A DNA stretch of 64,000 bases from Chlamydia sp. (GTDB lineage Bacteria > Chlamydiota > Chlamydiia > Chlamydiales > Chlamydiaceae), in the NCBI RefSeq assembly GCF_017472245.1, contig NZ_JAFUQR010000006.1, positions 39,472 through 103,471 of the forward strand, in the 5' to 3' direction. Below are positions 49,814 through 59,689 of this stretch, in pieces. How positions within the stretch are numbered: the first letter of the stretch is position 1; every line of letters starts with the position of its first letter. Both the position numbers and the translations under genes were made by a program. The notes beneath the pieces are model-generated. The model made no database searches, was not told the DNA's origin, and worked only from the letters and a program-made list of their open reading frames with translations.

Positions 49814-52800
49814 TTAGAAAGTCATACGAGCTCCACAGTTGGTCATATGAGCCAATGTGTGTGCGTCTACTTCTAATGTATAAGATCCATACAAAGTCCA
49901 AAGAGGACCAAGATACAGTTGGGTACTGTATTCCATACGAGCAGAGTTTCTTGTTGGAACTCCACAGATAATTTCTCCTCCATCTCCAGATGAGAGCACC
50001 TGGTATTTGCATACAGGGGAGTTTCTGTAGATTGATGGCATGTAAGCTATAGAAAATCTGTTGTACATCAAAATATCATTTTCAGTGAATTCTCCCTCTG
50101 CTGCTAATCCTATGGGAACTGCTAAGTTTCTATAAGTGCAGCTACCAAAGTAACGAGGATCGTATTCTGTTTCTGTAAATTGTTTTTGACAAACACTAGA
50201 GTATTCAAGTTCTCCGTAAACAGTGAAGCGTTTAGTATCGCTTTGCGAAGGAGATTTCAAATTAGAAGAAAGACGAAGGGCTGCCAACCATCCTAGGTCT
50301 TCCCATTCTCCTTTGTTGCGTTCACGAATTGTTGGGTAATGGGTGACCGTATCGTGTTTGATGTATCCGTAGGAGATGACTCCTTGTAATAAGAAAGGAG
50401 TGGCTTTTCCTGAATTTTTATTGATAACAAAATGGAAGGGGCTGCCCCCATATATGGAGGCTTGATAGGAATATTCAGATCCCTTGTGTGTGTAATTATG
50501 TTCTTTTTTTAGAGATTTCGTTTTCCCAACCATTTTGCTAAACGCGGCCCCAATGATCACATCTTGAGCTGGTTTCGCGTCTAAAGCGACAGAGGCTCCT
50601 CTGCTGTAATAGGTAAATTCTTCAGAGTATGGGGTATCTTTTTGAGATAAAATCGTTCCTAGTCCCGATATCCATAGATTGTTATAGGCAATCTCATCAA
50701 AGCGAGCGAGACTTAATTTATCATTCATCAAACCTTGTTTGACTGTAGCCATAGACATCTGAGATCCTAAAATGGAGTTCGCATAAAAATGGTTATCTCT
50801 AGGAACATAGGCCCATTGTCTATAAGATTTGAATGTCCACAGGGCTGAGATTACGCCATTTTTTAGGTTATTAGGATCGAGAGTTAATGTTCCTGTGTAT
50901 CCTTTTACAGGAGAAACATCTCCTGTTAGAACTACTTTCTGCGCTTGTAATTTTGTTTGATCTTTGGGAAGTACCAGAAGAGAGATTTGCTGGTCCGATC
51001 CTAACGCTGGGTTTTGGAAGAATGTTCCGTTAGGATCAATGAGTTTAATCACCCCATCAAGAATAACCTGATTTCCTGTTGTAGGTGTTGTCGTTGTAGT
51101 TGTGGATACTGTTGCTGGATTTTTGAGAAGGGATGCTGTCGTTGCAGTTGGAGCAGTAGTAGAAGTTGTGCTTGAGCTTTGAGATGCATCGGAAGAGCTA
51201 TTGCTTCCTTCGGAAACACCTCTATTTTTTGCAAAATTTGTAGTAGTGTCTACGATTCTTAATTCAGGAGGAGTGAAGATATTATCATCAGATACACTGT
51301 TTCTTCCTACACTTGATAAATCAATAGTAAGGTTATTGACTACTAAAGAGCCATCGGCAACAGTCTGGTTTGAAAGAACTGCTCCAGGTTCCATAACAAG
51401 AGAAGCTCCTTCTTTCTGTTCAAATGAAATCACATGCAGTTCTGTATTCGCTCTTAGTACAAGTGATCCGCTATGTAGAACAACATTTTGTGGGATATAG
51501 GACTTGTTTTCATGTAATTCCGAAGAGAACATAACTGTTCCTGTAAATGCGGAGTTTACAGATCCTGAATCATCATTTTTGTTGATATCCAGGGAGTCAT
51601 AAGTGCTTGCTTGTGTTCCAGTCTTTTTAGTTGTTGTTCGGATCGCATCAAAAAAACTAATGGTTTTACCTTCTGTAGCTTGCATGGTTAATTTCACATC
51701 TCCAGCAATACTACAGAAAGTGGAAGCTCCGGTATCAAGGGTACTAGGACGGTATTCATTGTTGCGAAAACAGATATTTCCTTTTGAAGCAATTAGCTTG
51801 AGGGGAAGGTTATCTGTTTGAGATTCGCTAGAGTTTACTATCTGTCCAAAGATGGCTGCACCGTACTTTGTCGTGTTTCCTGCAGTTTGTGTCGTCGTGC
51901 TTTGTGTTGGGGTGACCAAGTTCCCTGTGAAAAGAATAGATCCTAATGATTCGATGGTTGCTTCTTTTGTGAAGTAAATCGCACTGCCTTCTTCTGCAGA
52001 AGAGTTTTGGTTAAATGTTGCTGTATAAGCTTTGATAGATACGATGGGAGCATAAATAGTTGCTCGTTTTATAGCTTTATTGTTTTCAAAGTAGTAAGAA
52101 TCTGCTTCTAACTTCACAGTTTCTGTATTTTGTTTTGCTGGAACTAATCCAATAGCAGACCCGAGATCAGCGGTATTTTTTGAGAAGCGAGCTCCTTTTG
52201 ACAAAGACACTGCGGTGGTTGCACCGATAGCTCCTCCAAAAGTATTTTTCCTAGAGTTCTTTGCATCATTTGTTGCGGCGTTGTTGGAGAACACTACAGG
52301 TGTAGCGATTGTTACAGTAGGCGAGAAAATAGCTCCTCCTGCAACCTGTCCTGTTGTAGATTTAGAAGAGACTGTATTATCCGAGAAGGTAATAGTTTTA
52401 TTGAAATTTCCGCTGTCGATATTCAATGCTGTCTTAGCGTAGACGGCGCCTCCAAGAACATCTACAGTAGATCCAGAATCTTTGTTATCAATCGCTTGAT
52501 TTCTAGAGAATATACCATATCCTGAACAGTTCTCGATCTTCACTGTTTCTCCGGAAACAGCTCCTCCTCCAACATCCGTAGCTTTGTCCTCTACAAAATT
52601 TATAGTTTCTGTTCCACCATTAATGGTCAGAGATTTCTCTATATAAAGAGCTCCCTCTTTACCCAAATTTGCTGAGGCCATCACTTTTGATGAAGTTGGT
52701 GTAGATTGCTCAACAGTTGGAGATTCTTGTGTTGCTTCTATACCAGCAATATTGTCTTTAAAATGAAGATCCCCACATTGACTGACTGTCACTGTTTTTT

Positions 52801-54157
52801 CTGAGTAGATTCCTCCACCACCCTTTTTACCCACGTTAGAGGAAAATACCGTTTCAGTAATATTTGCTAAGAATATTTCTCCTTTTGTAAAGATTGCACC
52901 ACCTTTTTCGTCAGCGGAGTTGTTATCGAAAGTTACTTTTTTAGAGTTTGAGATAGTGAGCTTATCTTGAGCGTAGATAGCTCCTCCACAGCTTAACTCA
53001 ACATTTAAAGTATTTTCATTTTCTGTTGTTTGAGAGGTAGTTGCAGTAGATTCTGATTCCTGAGAGTTTGTACCAGGGGTTTCTGATAAGAATATTTTCG
53101 TCAACGCAATAGCTTGTGAGGTAGTAGTTGCATCCGGGGAAACAACATTATTATTTTGGTTATTGTTGGAGGTAGTGCTCTCGGAGCCACTCACATCTGT
53201 ATGATCACTGCTATCGGGATCAGAAGGATCTACTTTATTAGAAGAAGGAACGGCAACTTTATTTTTGGAGAAACTGATAGAATCTACACCATTTATTGAA
53301 ATAGTAGATTCTCCACAAATAGCTCCACCAGCTTTTTGGGATAGGTTCTCTTGAGCAAAAAATTTCTGTAAATCTTTTATGCTCAAAGGCCCTTTAGAGT
53401 AGATTGCCCCGCCTTCTCCTATTACACGAATTTTTGATAAGGTTAGCGAACCGGGATTATCGAGGTTATTAATAAAGGATATAGGCGCTTGATGAGGATT
53501 ATAAAATGCTCCACCACCGCTCACTGTGTTTTTAGGGCTAGATCCACTTGGAGTTGTTTGTATATCTTCAGAGTTTTCTAAAGACTTTTCGACAACTGTT
53601 TCTGCTTGCAAATGGTACGAAGAAGCGAGTATGGCTGTTGCCGATTCTAAAGTAGTAGATTCGCTGCTTGTTGTACTAGCTGTATCTGAGGTGTTTGAAC
53701 CATTTTGCGTAGATTTTGTAGTTGTTGTAGGAGAGATTATTTCAGAGGAAGAGTCAGTAGATGTCGTAAGTACGAGGGTTTCTCCAATAGCAACTCCAAT
53801 GAGAGATTCTCCTAAGTTATTTTCAGATTGACTTCCTTCAGCATCTTCTACTTCTCCGTTAGAAGTTCCAGAAGATGAGGGTACTGAGATATCAGTACTA
53901 GATAATTCTTGATGTGGTGAAGCAAGTATTCCAGAAACATCTTCAGGGATATTCGAAAAATCAGAAAAGGAAACATCGCCAGAAACTTTATACTCAATAC
54001 CGCTATTAGAATTTTGTTCTGTGAATTGTTCAGAGGATTGGGTTCCTATTCTGCTCGAGGATAATTCTTTATTCTCTACAGAATTTTCTGGAGAATTTGC
54101 TCCAGAAATAGATGGGAGAGTGGCGGCAAGTACAGCAGTAACTGACAGTATTTTCAT
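49814..54157 (-). CDS. pmpC: Polymorphic membrane protein (autotransporter), PmpC-like by position
   Basis: 1447 aa with a signal peptide and many GGA(I/L/V/F) and FxxN repeats (GGAIYS, GGAICG, GGAIFT; FSKN, FDNN, FSSN). It has a Pmp middle domain and a C-terminal beta-barrel ending in F. Confidence 0.93.
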   Translation of the reverse strand: MKILSVTAVLAATLPSISGANSPENSVENKELSSSRIGTQSSEQFTEQNSNSGIEYKVSGDVSFSDFSNIPEDVSGILASPHQELSSTDISVPSSSGTSNGEVEDAEGSQSENNLGESLIGVAIGETLVLTTSTDSSSEIISPTTTTKSTQNGSNTSDTASTTSSESTTLESATAILASSYHLQAETVVEKSLENSEDIQTTPSGSSPKNTVSGGGAFYNPHQAPISFINNLDNPGSLTLSKIRVIGEGGAIYSKGPLSIKDLQKFFAQENLSQKAGGAICGESTISINGVDSISFSKNKVAVPSSNKVDPSDPDSSDHTDVSGSESTTSNNNQNNNVVSPDATTTSQAIALTKIFLSETPGTNSQESESTATTSQTTENENTLNVELSCGGAIYAQDKLTISNSKKVTFDNNSADEKGGAIFTKGEIFLANITETVFSSNVGKKGGGGIYSEKTVTVSQCGDLHFKDNIAGIEATQESPTVEQSTPTSSKVMASANLGKEGALYIEKSLTINGGTETINFVEDKATDVGGGAVSGETVKIENCSGYGIFSRNQAIDNKDSGSTVDVLGGAVYAKTALNIDSGNFNKTITFSDNTVSSKSTTGQVAGGAIFSPTVTIATPVVFSNNAATNDAKNSRKNTFGGAIGATTAVSLSKGARFSKNTADLGSAIGLVPAKQNTETVKLEADSYYFENNKAIKRATIYAPIVSIKAYTATFNQNSSAEEGSAIYFTKEATIESLGSILFTGNLVTPTQSTTTQTAGNTTKYGAAIFGQIVNSSESQTDNLPLKLIASKGNICFRNNEYRPSTLDTGASTFCSIAGDVKLTMQATEGKTISFFDAIRTTTKKTGTQASTYDSLDINKNDDSGSVNSAFTGTVMFSSELHENKSYIPQNVVLHSGSLVLRANTELHVISFEQKEGASLVMEPGAVLSNQTVADGSLVVNNLTIDLSSVGRNSVSDDNIFTPPELRIVDTTTNFAKNRGVSEGSNSSSDASQSSSTTSTTAPTATTASLLKNPATVSTTTTTTPTTGNQVILDGVIKLIDPNGTFFQNPALGSDQQISLLVLPKDQTKLQAQKVVLTGDVSPVKGYTGTLTLDPNNLKNGVISALWTFKSYRQWAYVPRDNHFYANSILGSQMSMATVKQGLMNDKLSLARFDEIAYNNLWISGLGTILSQKDTPYSEEFTYYSRGASVALDAKPAQDVIIGAAFSKMVGKTKSLKKEHNYTHKGSEYSYQASIYGGSPFHFVINKNSGKATPFLLQGVISYGYIKHDTVTHYPTIRERNKGEWEDLGWLAALRLSSNLKSPSQSDTKRFTVYGELEYSSVCQKQFTETEYDPRYFGSCTYRNLAVPIGLAAEGEFTENDILMYNRFSIAYMPSIYRNSPVCKYQVLSSGDGGEIICGVPTRNSARMEYSTQLYLGPLWTLYGSYTLEVDAHTLAHMTNCGARMTF

Positions 54158-54282
54158 AATTGGAGTAACCTAATTAAGTAATTATGTTGAACGTCGAATA
54201 GAACATAAAATGAAAAAAATCCAGGAACCTTCTTAAGGGCAAAGGTACTTCAAAGAAGGCTATAAAACCTATTTAGGAATGT

Positions 54283-54312
54283 AAAAAATAGCCTCTTGTT
54301 TCCAAGAGGCTA
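54283..54312 (-). terminator. Rho-independent terminator after pmpB
   Basis: On the minus strand: tagcctcttg-gaaa-caagaggcta, a 10-bp stem, followed by T6. Confidence 0.7.
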
Positions 54313-54316
54313 ATCG

Positions 54317-57300
54317 TTAAAAAATCATACGAGCTCCACAACTCGTCATCTGTGATAGAGTATACATTCCTACGTCTATCGTATAATTTCCATATAAGGT
54401 CCAGAAAGGCCCTAGATATAGTTGAGTACTGTATTCCGCTCGTGCGGATGTTCTCGTAGGTACTCCGCAAATAACTTTTCCAGTTTCTCCTGAAGATAAG
54501 ACTTTGTATTTGCAAATGGGACTATTTCTATAAATAGAAGGCATATAGGCAAAGGAAAGTTTGTTATACATCAGGATGTCGTAGCTCATCAATGCGCCCT
54601 CAAAAGAGCATCCCATAGGAATAGCGAGATTTCTATACGCACAGTCATCAAAATGTCGAGGATCATAATCGATTTCGGTAAACTGTTTCTGACGAATACT
54701 GGAGTATTCTAGCTCTCCATAAAAAGAAACTCGTTGGGATGATGTTTTAGAAGGCTCTTTAAGATCTAAGGATATACGTAGATCTGCTAGCCATCCTAAG
54801 TCTTCCCAATCACCTTTATTTTTCTCATGAATAGAAGGGTAGAGTGTTGTTGTATCATGTTTTATGTGTCCATAAGACACAACTCCCTGTAATAGGAATG
54901 GTAATGCCCATCCCCGTTGTTTATTGAGTAAGAAGTAAAGGAATTTACCCCCATAGACAGAAGCCTGGTAGGAATACTCGGAACCTTTATGGAAGTAATT
55001 GTGTACTTTTTTAATAGCTTTTGTTCTTCCAACCATTTTGCTAAACGCGGCTCCTAAGATAAAATCTTGTCTAGGTTTCGCGTCAATTGCTACAGAAGTT
55101 CCTCGGCTATAGTAACTGAATTCTTCAGAAAGAGGAGTTCCTTGTTGAGCTAAGAAAGTCCCAACCCCTGAGACCCAGAAATTATTGCTAGCCACGTCAT
55201 CGAATCTAGCATTGTTCAACATATTGTTGATTAATCCCTGTTTCACTACAACCATTGAGTTTTGGGATCCTAAGATTGAGTTTGCGTAAAAATGGTTGTC
55301 TCTAGGGATGTATACCCAACGGCGATACATGTCGAACTTCCAATTGGCAACGATTTTCCCCGTTTTAGAATCAGGGTTAAGCGTCCAAGTTCCAATATAT
55401 CCTTTTTGAGGAGACAGATCTCCGGATAAAGTTAAATCAGAGACGACGACATCATCTGTATTTGCTGCTGTAAGTTTAATTAAAGGCACATCATTTAAAT
55501 CCGTCCCTAAAGCAGGGTTTTGATAAAAGTTTCCATTAGGATCAATGAGAGTAAGATCCCCTGTTAAGAAAACTTTATTCTCACTCATAGTTGCTGGAGT
55601 CGTTACAGCAGAAGTTGCAGAGGATAGCGAAGAGATTTCTTGAGAGGCAGTTACCTTGGCTCCTGAAACTCCAGCTCCAGATGAGGTAGAAGTTGTTGCC
55701 ACAATTCGTAATTCAGGAGGGGAGAAGATTTCTCCTGTCTGAGGAGTCCCCATATTTGATAAATCAATCGTTAATCCGTTGATAGTTAAGGCTCCATTCG
55801 CTATGTTTTGGTTGGATAACACAGCTCCAGGTTCCATGATGAATTTTGAGCCTTCTTTTTGTTCAAAGGAGACTACATGTAATTCTGATTTTTCTTTGAG
55901 AACCAATGTACCGTTATGCAGAACAACGTTTTGTGGAATATAAGACTTATTCTCATGCAGCTCAGAGGAGAACAAAATAGTTCCTGTATACGCATTAGTA
56001 TTTTCTAACTTATTGATATCCAAAGTCTCATACACACTCTGATTTTGTCCTGTTTTCTTAGTAGAAGTATGGACGCTATCGAAGAAACTGATCGTGTTTC
56101 CTTGAGTAGCTTGTAATGATAATTTGACATAGCCTGCGATACTGCAGAACTTAGTAGCTGCATTTTTATCGGGATTAGCGTTCAGACTGTTATTGCTGAA
56201 GCTAATGCTTCCTCCGGAAGCAATTAATTTCAAAGTAGCATCCGGTGGTGATTGAGAACTTCCTGGATCTCCAAAGATAGCAGCTCCGTAGTTGACTACA
56301 TTATTTGTTTGGCCAGAACCGTTATTTGCCTGTGTTCCAGAAACATTCGTTACATTATTCCCTGTAAATAGAACCGATCCTAAAGATTCGATAGTGGCAT
56401 CTTTTGTGAAGTAAACCGCACTTCCATCATTAGCAGATGTATTTTGACGGAAGATAATATTGTTCCCTTTAATGGAAACACTAGGGGAGTAAATGGCTCC
56501 CCGTTTATTGGCTTTATTGTTTTCAAAGGTAAACGAGCCCGTTTCTAAAGTAATTTTTTCTGTAGGAGTTTGTGGAGATCCACTAGAAGATCCGTTAGTA
56601 GCAAGAGTCCCTATAGCAGCTCCCAAATCAGCTATATTTTCCGAGAAGAGAGAGTTTCCGGACAGAGAGATTACGGTTCCTGCTATAGCTCCTCCAATGG
56701 TATCTTTGATACTAGAATTGTTTGAGGAAGAAGAAGCTGTTGTCATGGAGGCTGTGTTGCCAGAGAATGTTACTGGGCATTTCAATGTGACGGTAGGAGA
56801 GAAAATAGCTCCTCCAGCTACTTGTCCAGTAGTTTGTGCTTTCCCTGTAGAGACTGAGTTCCCAGAGAAGAGATAAGAGGTACCGGACTCTCCTGCTTCT
56901 ATGGACAAAGATGTTTTAGCATAGATAGCTCCTCCTTGAACATTTAAGGAAGGACTAGAAGGAGTATTGTCAATGGCAGAGTTTCCTGAGAATTGACAGT
57001 TTCCACTACATTGAGAGAAGGAAACAGTTTCACCGTAAATAGCTCCACCTACTACACTTGCATAAGTAAGAGAATTTTGTTGTGTAGTGGTTAAAGAAGA
57101 GGCTCCTGCAGCAGCAGCAACGGCTTTTGTAAGAGCTGCAGCGGCGGGAGCAGGGGAAGCAATTGATTCTGCTCCTGTAGATGAGGAATTTGTTTGATTA
57201 TTTGAGAAAGAAAATCCGGATTTTAGATTAGAAATCGTGAGTGTCTTAGCATGCAAACCTCCTCCCTCTTTTCCTGCACGATTCTCTGTTACAGATAAAG

Positions 57301-59551
57301 AGGCAATACCATCTAATTCTAAGGATTCTGTACAACAGAATCCTCCTCCTGTCTCTTGAGCAGAGTTACTAGAGATATTGAGTTGGTCTATACGAGATAA
57401 TTTAGCCTTTTTAGCGTAGACCCCAGCACCTTTTTTGGAGGCGTTATTGTTATTGATAGTAGTGTTGATCACGTAATCAATCAAAAAGTCTTTATCAGCA
57501 TTAGGATCTTCAGGTTTTTCTTTGGAACTAGCTTCACCTACTGGAGATTCAGCAGTTATGGGGGACTTGGTTCGGAAGATTAAAGAAGAAGCGGCAGCAT
57601 TAGCTGATTCGGTAGTAGCTGGGTCGGAAATAGTGGTAGTAGTTGCGGGTGTTGTCGGAGTAGGAGAAGGGAAGTCATCTGGACATGTATAGGCTCCACC
57701 CCCATTTTCTGATGCTGAGTTCCCGGATATGGAGATAGTCTGGAGGTTAGACAAAACAAGACGTTGTGTACACACTCCTCCTCCACTTCCTCCTGTTGCT
57801 TTATTTCCAGTAATAATGGTTTCACCATGCACTGGAGTGATACCTGGAAATTCTTCCACATCAGAAGTATAGGTTTGGGAAATCTCTTTAGTAACGTAAG
57901 CTCCACCACCACTTGTTGCTGAGGTATTATTGATCAGACAAAAACTATCGAGTCCTGTCATAGTGAGGGTCTTATCAGCGCCTTGGATGAAGATACCCCC
58001 ACCTTCTTCTTTAGCAGTATTTTCTTGGAATAGTGTTTCTCCTGTCAGATTAGATAAAGTGACGCTATCTTCTCCATAAAGACCTCCTCCTTTTTTCTCG
58101 GAAGAGTTTTTTAGAAATTGTAAGCGGTGAGAGTTTTCGCAAGTGAACGTTCCTTTGACGTATGCTCCTCCTCCAACATCTGTCGCCTTATTGTTTGCGA
58201 TTTCTATAATTCCAGTAACATTTTCTATAGAAAAGTTTTTTTCAGTATATAGACCACCACCTTTAGCTAAAGGAGGTGGGGTAGGAGCTTCAGTTGTAGT
58301 TGTCGTTGTTGTGGAAGTGGGGGTTACAGTTATCGTTGTTGTGGGTGTAGTCGATTCCGTTTGAGCTGTATCTGCAGATGCCTGAGAACTTTTTTTCGCT
58401 GTAGAGGTTTTTTTTGTTTCAAAGGTTCCTGTCTTATTATATTTGATATGAACTTCTTCAAGATCTTGAAAAGTTATATTACCTTCCACATAACAAGCTC
58501 CTCCTCCTTGTTTGCTTAAGTTGGAGTTGAGTACGATCCGCTTAGAAGATTGGACAGAGAGGTCTTCAACGACATAGATACCGCCACCTTTTTCATCTGC
58601 TCCATTACTTTGCACTTTTAATGTTGTAATATCTGTGAATGAGGCGCCCTTTTCTGCAAAGATAGCTCCACCATCTTTGCTTGCCTTGTTAGTTGAGAAT
58701 GTAACTGTCTGAGAATCTGAAATAGTTAGATCTCCCTGAGCATAGATAGCTCCCCCAGATCCTGGTCTATGGGGTGTTTCTGAGGAGTCTGTATCATTTT
58801 CTGTTTCTGTAGTAGAGCCAGTTGAAGCACAAATGAAGCGGCTTTGTGCAGAAGTTTCAGTTGTGGTTGTCGTCGTTGTGGGAGTAGGGGGAGCTTCTTC
58901 AGCCTCGTCAGTTTCTTCAGTTTTTTGAGCACTTGGCTCCGGAGCAGGTTCGACAACCACTTCTGCTGCATTAGAGGAGAATGTTGCTTGGGTAATTCCA
59001 GATAAAGAAATAGAGCTCCCTCCAAAGATTCCTCCTCCGGATAATTGGGATAAATTCCCTTGGACAGTTAAACCTGTGAGATCTGTGAATAGAAGCTCTC
59101 CTTGAGAGAATATGGCTCCCCCATCACCAGTCATCTTAATGTTAGACAAAGTCAGAGAACCTTCTGTCCCTGATCGAGTCATAAACGATAAAACTCCGGA
59201 GTGAGCATTGTAAAAAGCGCCCCCGCCTTTAGGATCTATTACGTCTTCAGTATTCTCGGATGAGGATTGTTCAGTTGCTTCTGTTTGAGTGGTGCTGGGG
59301 GAAGTTTCTGATGAGGAACTCGAACTAGTGGCTGGTGTTGTTGTCTTCGGGGGGATATTAGTAAAACTAGTAAATGTTGCATTACCAGAAACAATGTATT
59401 CTGCACCGTCCTCATTAATGGTTTCTGTAAAATTCGTAGAAGAAGAAGTTCCTGTGCGAGAGAAATTCAATTCTTTAGATTCTGGGAAACAAAACCCTGA
59501 GACCGAAGGAAGAACAGCAGCAAACACAGCAGTAGCTGACAGCCATTTCAT
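54317..59551 (-). CDS. pmpB: Polymorphic membrane protein (autotransporter), PmpB-like
   Basis: 1744 aa from the ATG at 59551 (MKWLSATAVFAAVLPSVSG). The ORF-track TTG at 59560 is less likely. It has abundant GGAI/FxxN repeats and a C-terminal barrel ending GARMIF. Confidence 0.93.
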   Translation of the reverse strand: MKWLSATAVFAAVLPSVSGFCFPESKELNFSRTGTSSSTNFTETINEDGAEYIVSGNATFTSFTNIPPKTTTPATSSSSSSETSPSTTQTEATEQSSSENTEDVIDPKGGGAFYNAHSGVLSFMTRSGTEGSLTLSNIKMTGDGGAIFSQGELLFTDLTGLTVQGNLSQLSGGGIFGGSSISLSGITQATFSSNAAEVVVEPAPEPSAQKTEETDEAEEAPPTPTTTTTTTETSAQSRFICASTGSTTETENDTDSSETPHRPGSGGAIYAQGDLTISDSQTVTFSTNKASKDGGAIFAEKGASFTDITTLKVQSNGADEKGGGIYVVEDLSVQSSKRIVLNSNLSKQGGGACYVEGNITFQDLEEVHIKYNKTGTFETKKTSTAKKSSQASADTAQTESTTPTTTITVTPTSTTTTTTTEAPTPPPLAKGGGLYTEKNFSIENVTGIIEIANNKATDVGGGAYVKGTFTCENSHRLQFLKNSSEKKGGGLYGEDSVTLSNLTGETLFQENTAKEEGGGIFIQGADKTLTMTGLDSFCLINNTSATSGGGAYVTKEISQTYTSDVEEFPGITPVHGETIITGNKATGGSGGGVCTQRLVLSNLQTISISGNSASENGGGAYTCPDDFPSPTPTTPATTTTISDPATTESANAAASSLIFRTKSPITAESPVGEASSKEKPEDPNADKDFLIDYVINTTINNNNASKKGAGVYAKKAKLSRIDQLNISSNSAQETGGGFCCTESLELDGIASLSVTENRAGKEGGGLHAKTLTISNLKSGFSFSNNQTNSSSTGAESIASPAPAAAALTKAVAAAAGASSLTTTQQNSLTYASVVGGAIYGETVSFSQCSGNCQFSGNSAIDNTPSSPSLNVQGGAIYAKTSLSIEAGESGTSYLFSGNSVSTGKAQTTGQVAGGAIFSPTVTLKCPVTFSGNTASMTTASSSSNNSSIKDTIGGAIAGTVISLSGNSLFSENIADLGAAIGTLATNGSSSGSPQTPTEKITLETGSFTFENNKANKRGAIYSPSVSIKGNNIIFRQNTSANDGSAVYFTKDATIESLGSVLFTGNNVTNVSGTQANNGSGQTNNVVNYGAAIFGDPGSSQSPPDATLKLIASGGSISFSNNSLNANPDKNAATKFCSIAGYVKLSLQATQGNTISFFDSVHTSTKKTGQNQSVYETLDINKLENTNAYTGTILFSSELHENKSYIPQNVVLHNGTLVLKEKSELHVVSFEQKEGSKFIMEPGAVLSNQNIANGALTINGLTIDLSNMGTPQTGEIFSPPELRIVATTSTSSGAGVSGAKVTASQEISSLSSATSAVTTPATMSENKVFLTGDLTLIDPNGNFYQNPALGTDLNDVPLIKLTAANTDDVVVSDLTLSGDLSPQKGYIGTWTLNPDSKTGKIVANWKFDMYRRWVYIPRDNHFYANSILGSQNSMVVVKQGLINNMLNNARFDDVASNNFWVSGVGTFLAQQGTPLSEEFSYYSRGTSVAIDAKPRQDFILGAAFSKMVGRTKAIKKVHNYFHKGSEYSYQASVYGGKFLYFLLNKQRGWALPFLLQGVVSYGHIKHDTTTLYPSIHEKNKGDWEDLGWLADLRISLDLKEPSKTSSQRVSFYGELEYSSIRQKQFTEIDYDPRHFDDCAYRNLAIPMGCSFEGALMSYDILMYNKLSFAYMPSIYRNSPICKYKVLSSGETGKVICGVPTRTSARAEYSTQLYLGPFWTLYGNYTIDVGMYTLSQMTSCGARMIF

Positions 59552-59604
59552 AGAAGACAAACCTATTGAACACGTAAGAACTCGATAGGCGTTAGATAAA
59601 TCAG

Positions 59605-59642
59605 AAAAGTAAATTAGGCAAGGTATTCCTTGCCTAATTTAC
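59605..59642 (-). terminator. Rho-independent terminator after pmpA
   Basis: Perfect 15-bp stem (gtaaattaggcaagg / ccttgcctaatttac) with a 4-nt loop, followed on the minus strand by TTTT. Confidence 0.75.
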
Positions 59643-59689
59643 TATGAAGGTATGAAGGTTCTTAAAAATGATTCATCTACAAGGTTGTA

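Noticed and set aside
49767-50012. 81-aa ORF, and its homologue at 54273..54515 (80 aa), that look 'conserved' between two loci
   Set aside because: Both are out-of-frame shadows of the paralogous C-terminal barrels of pmpC and pmpB. The similarity comes from the paralogy and does not indicate a real gene.
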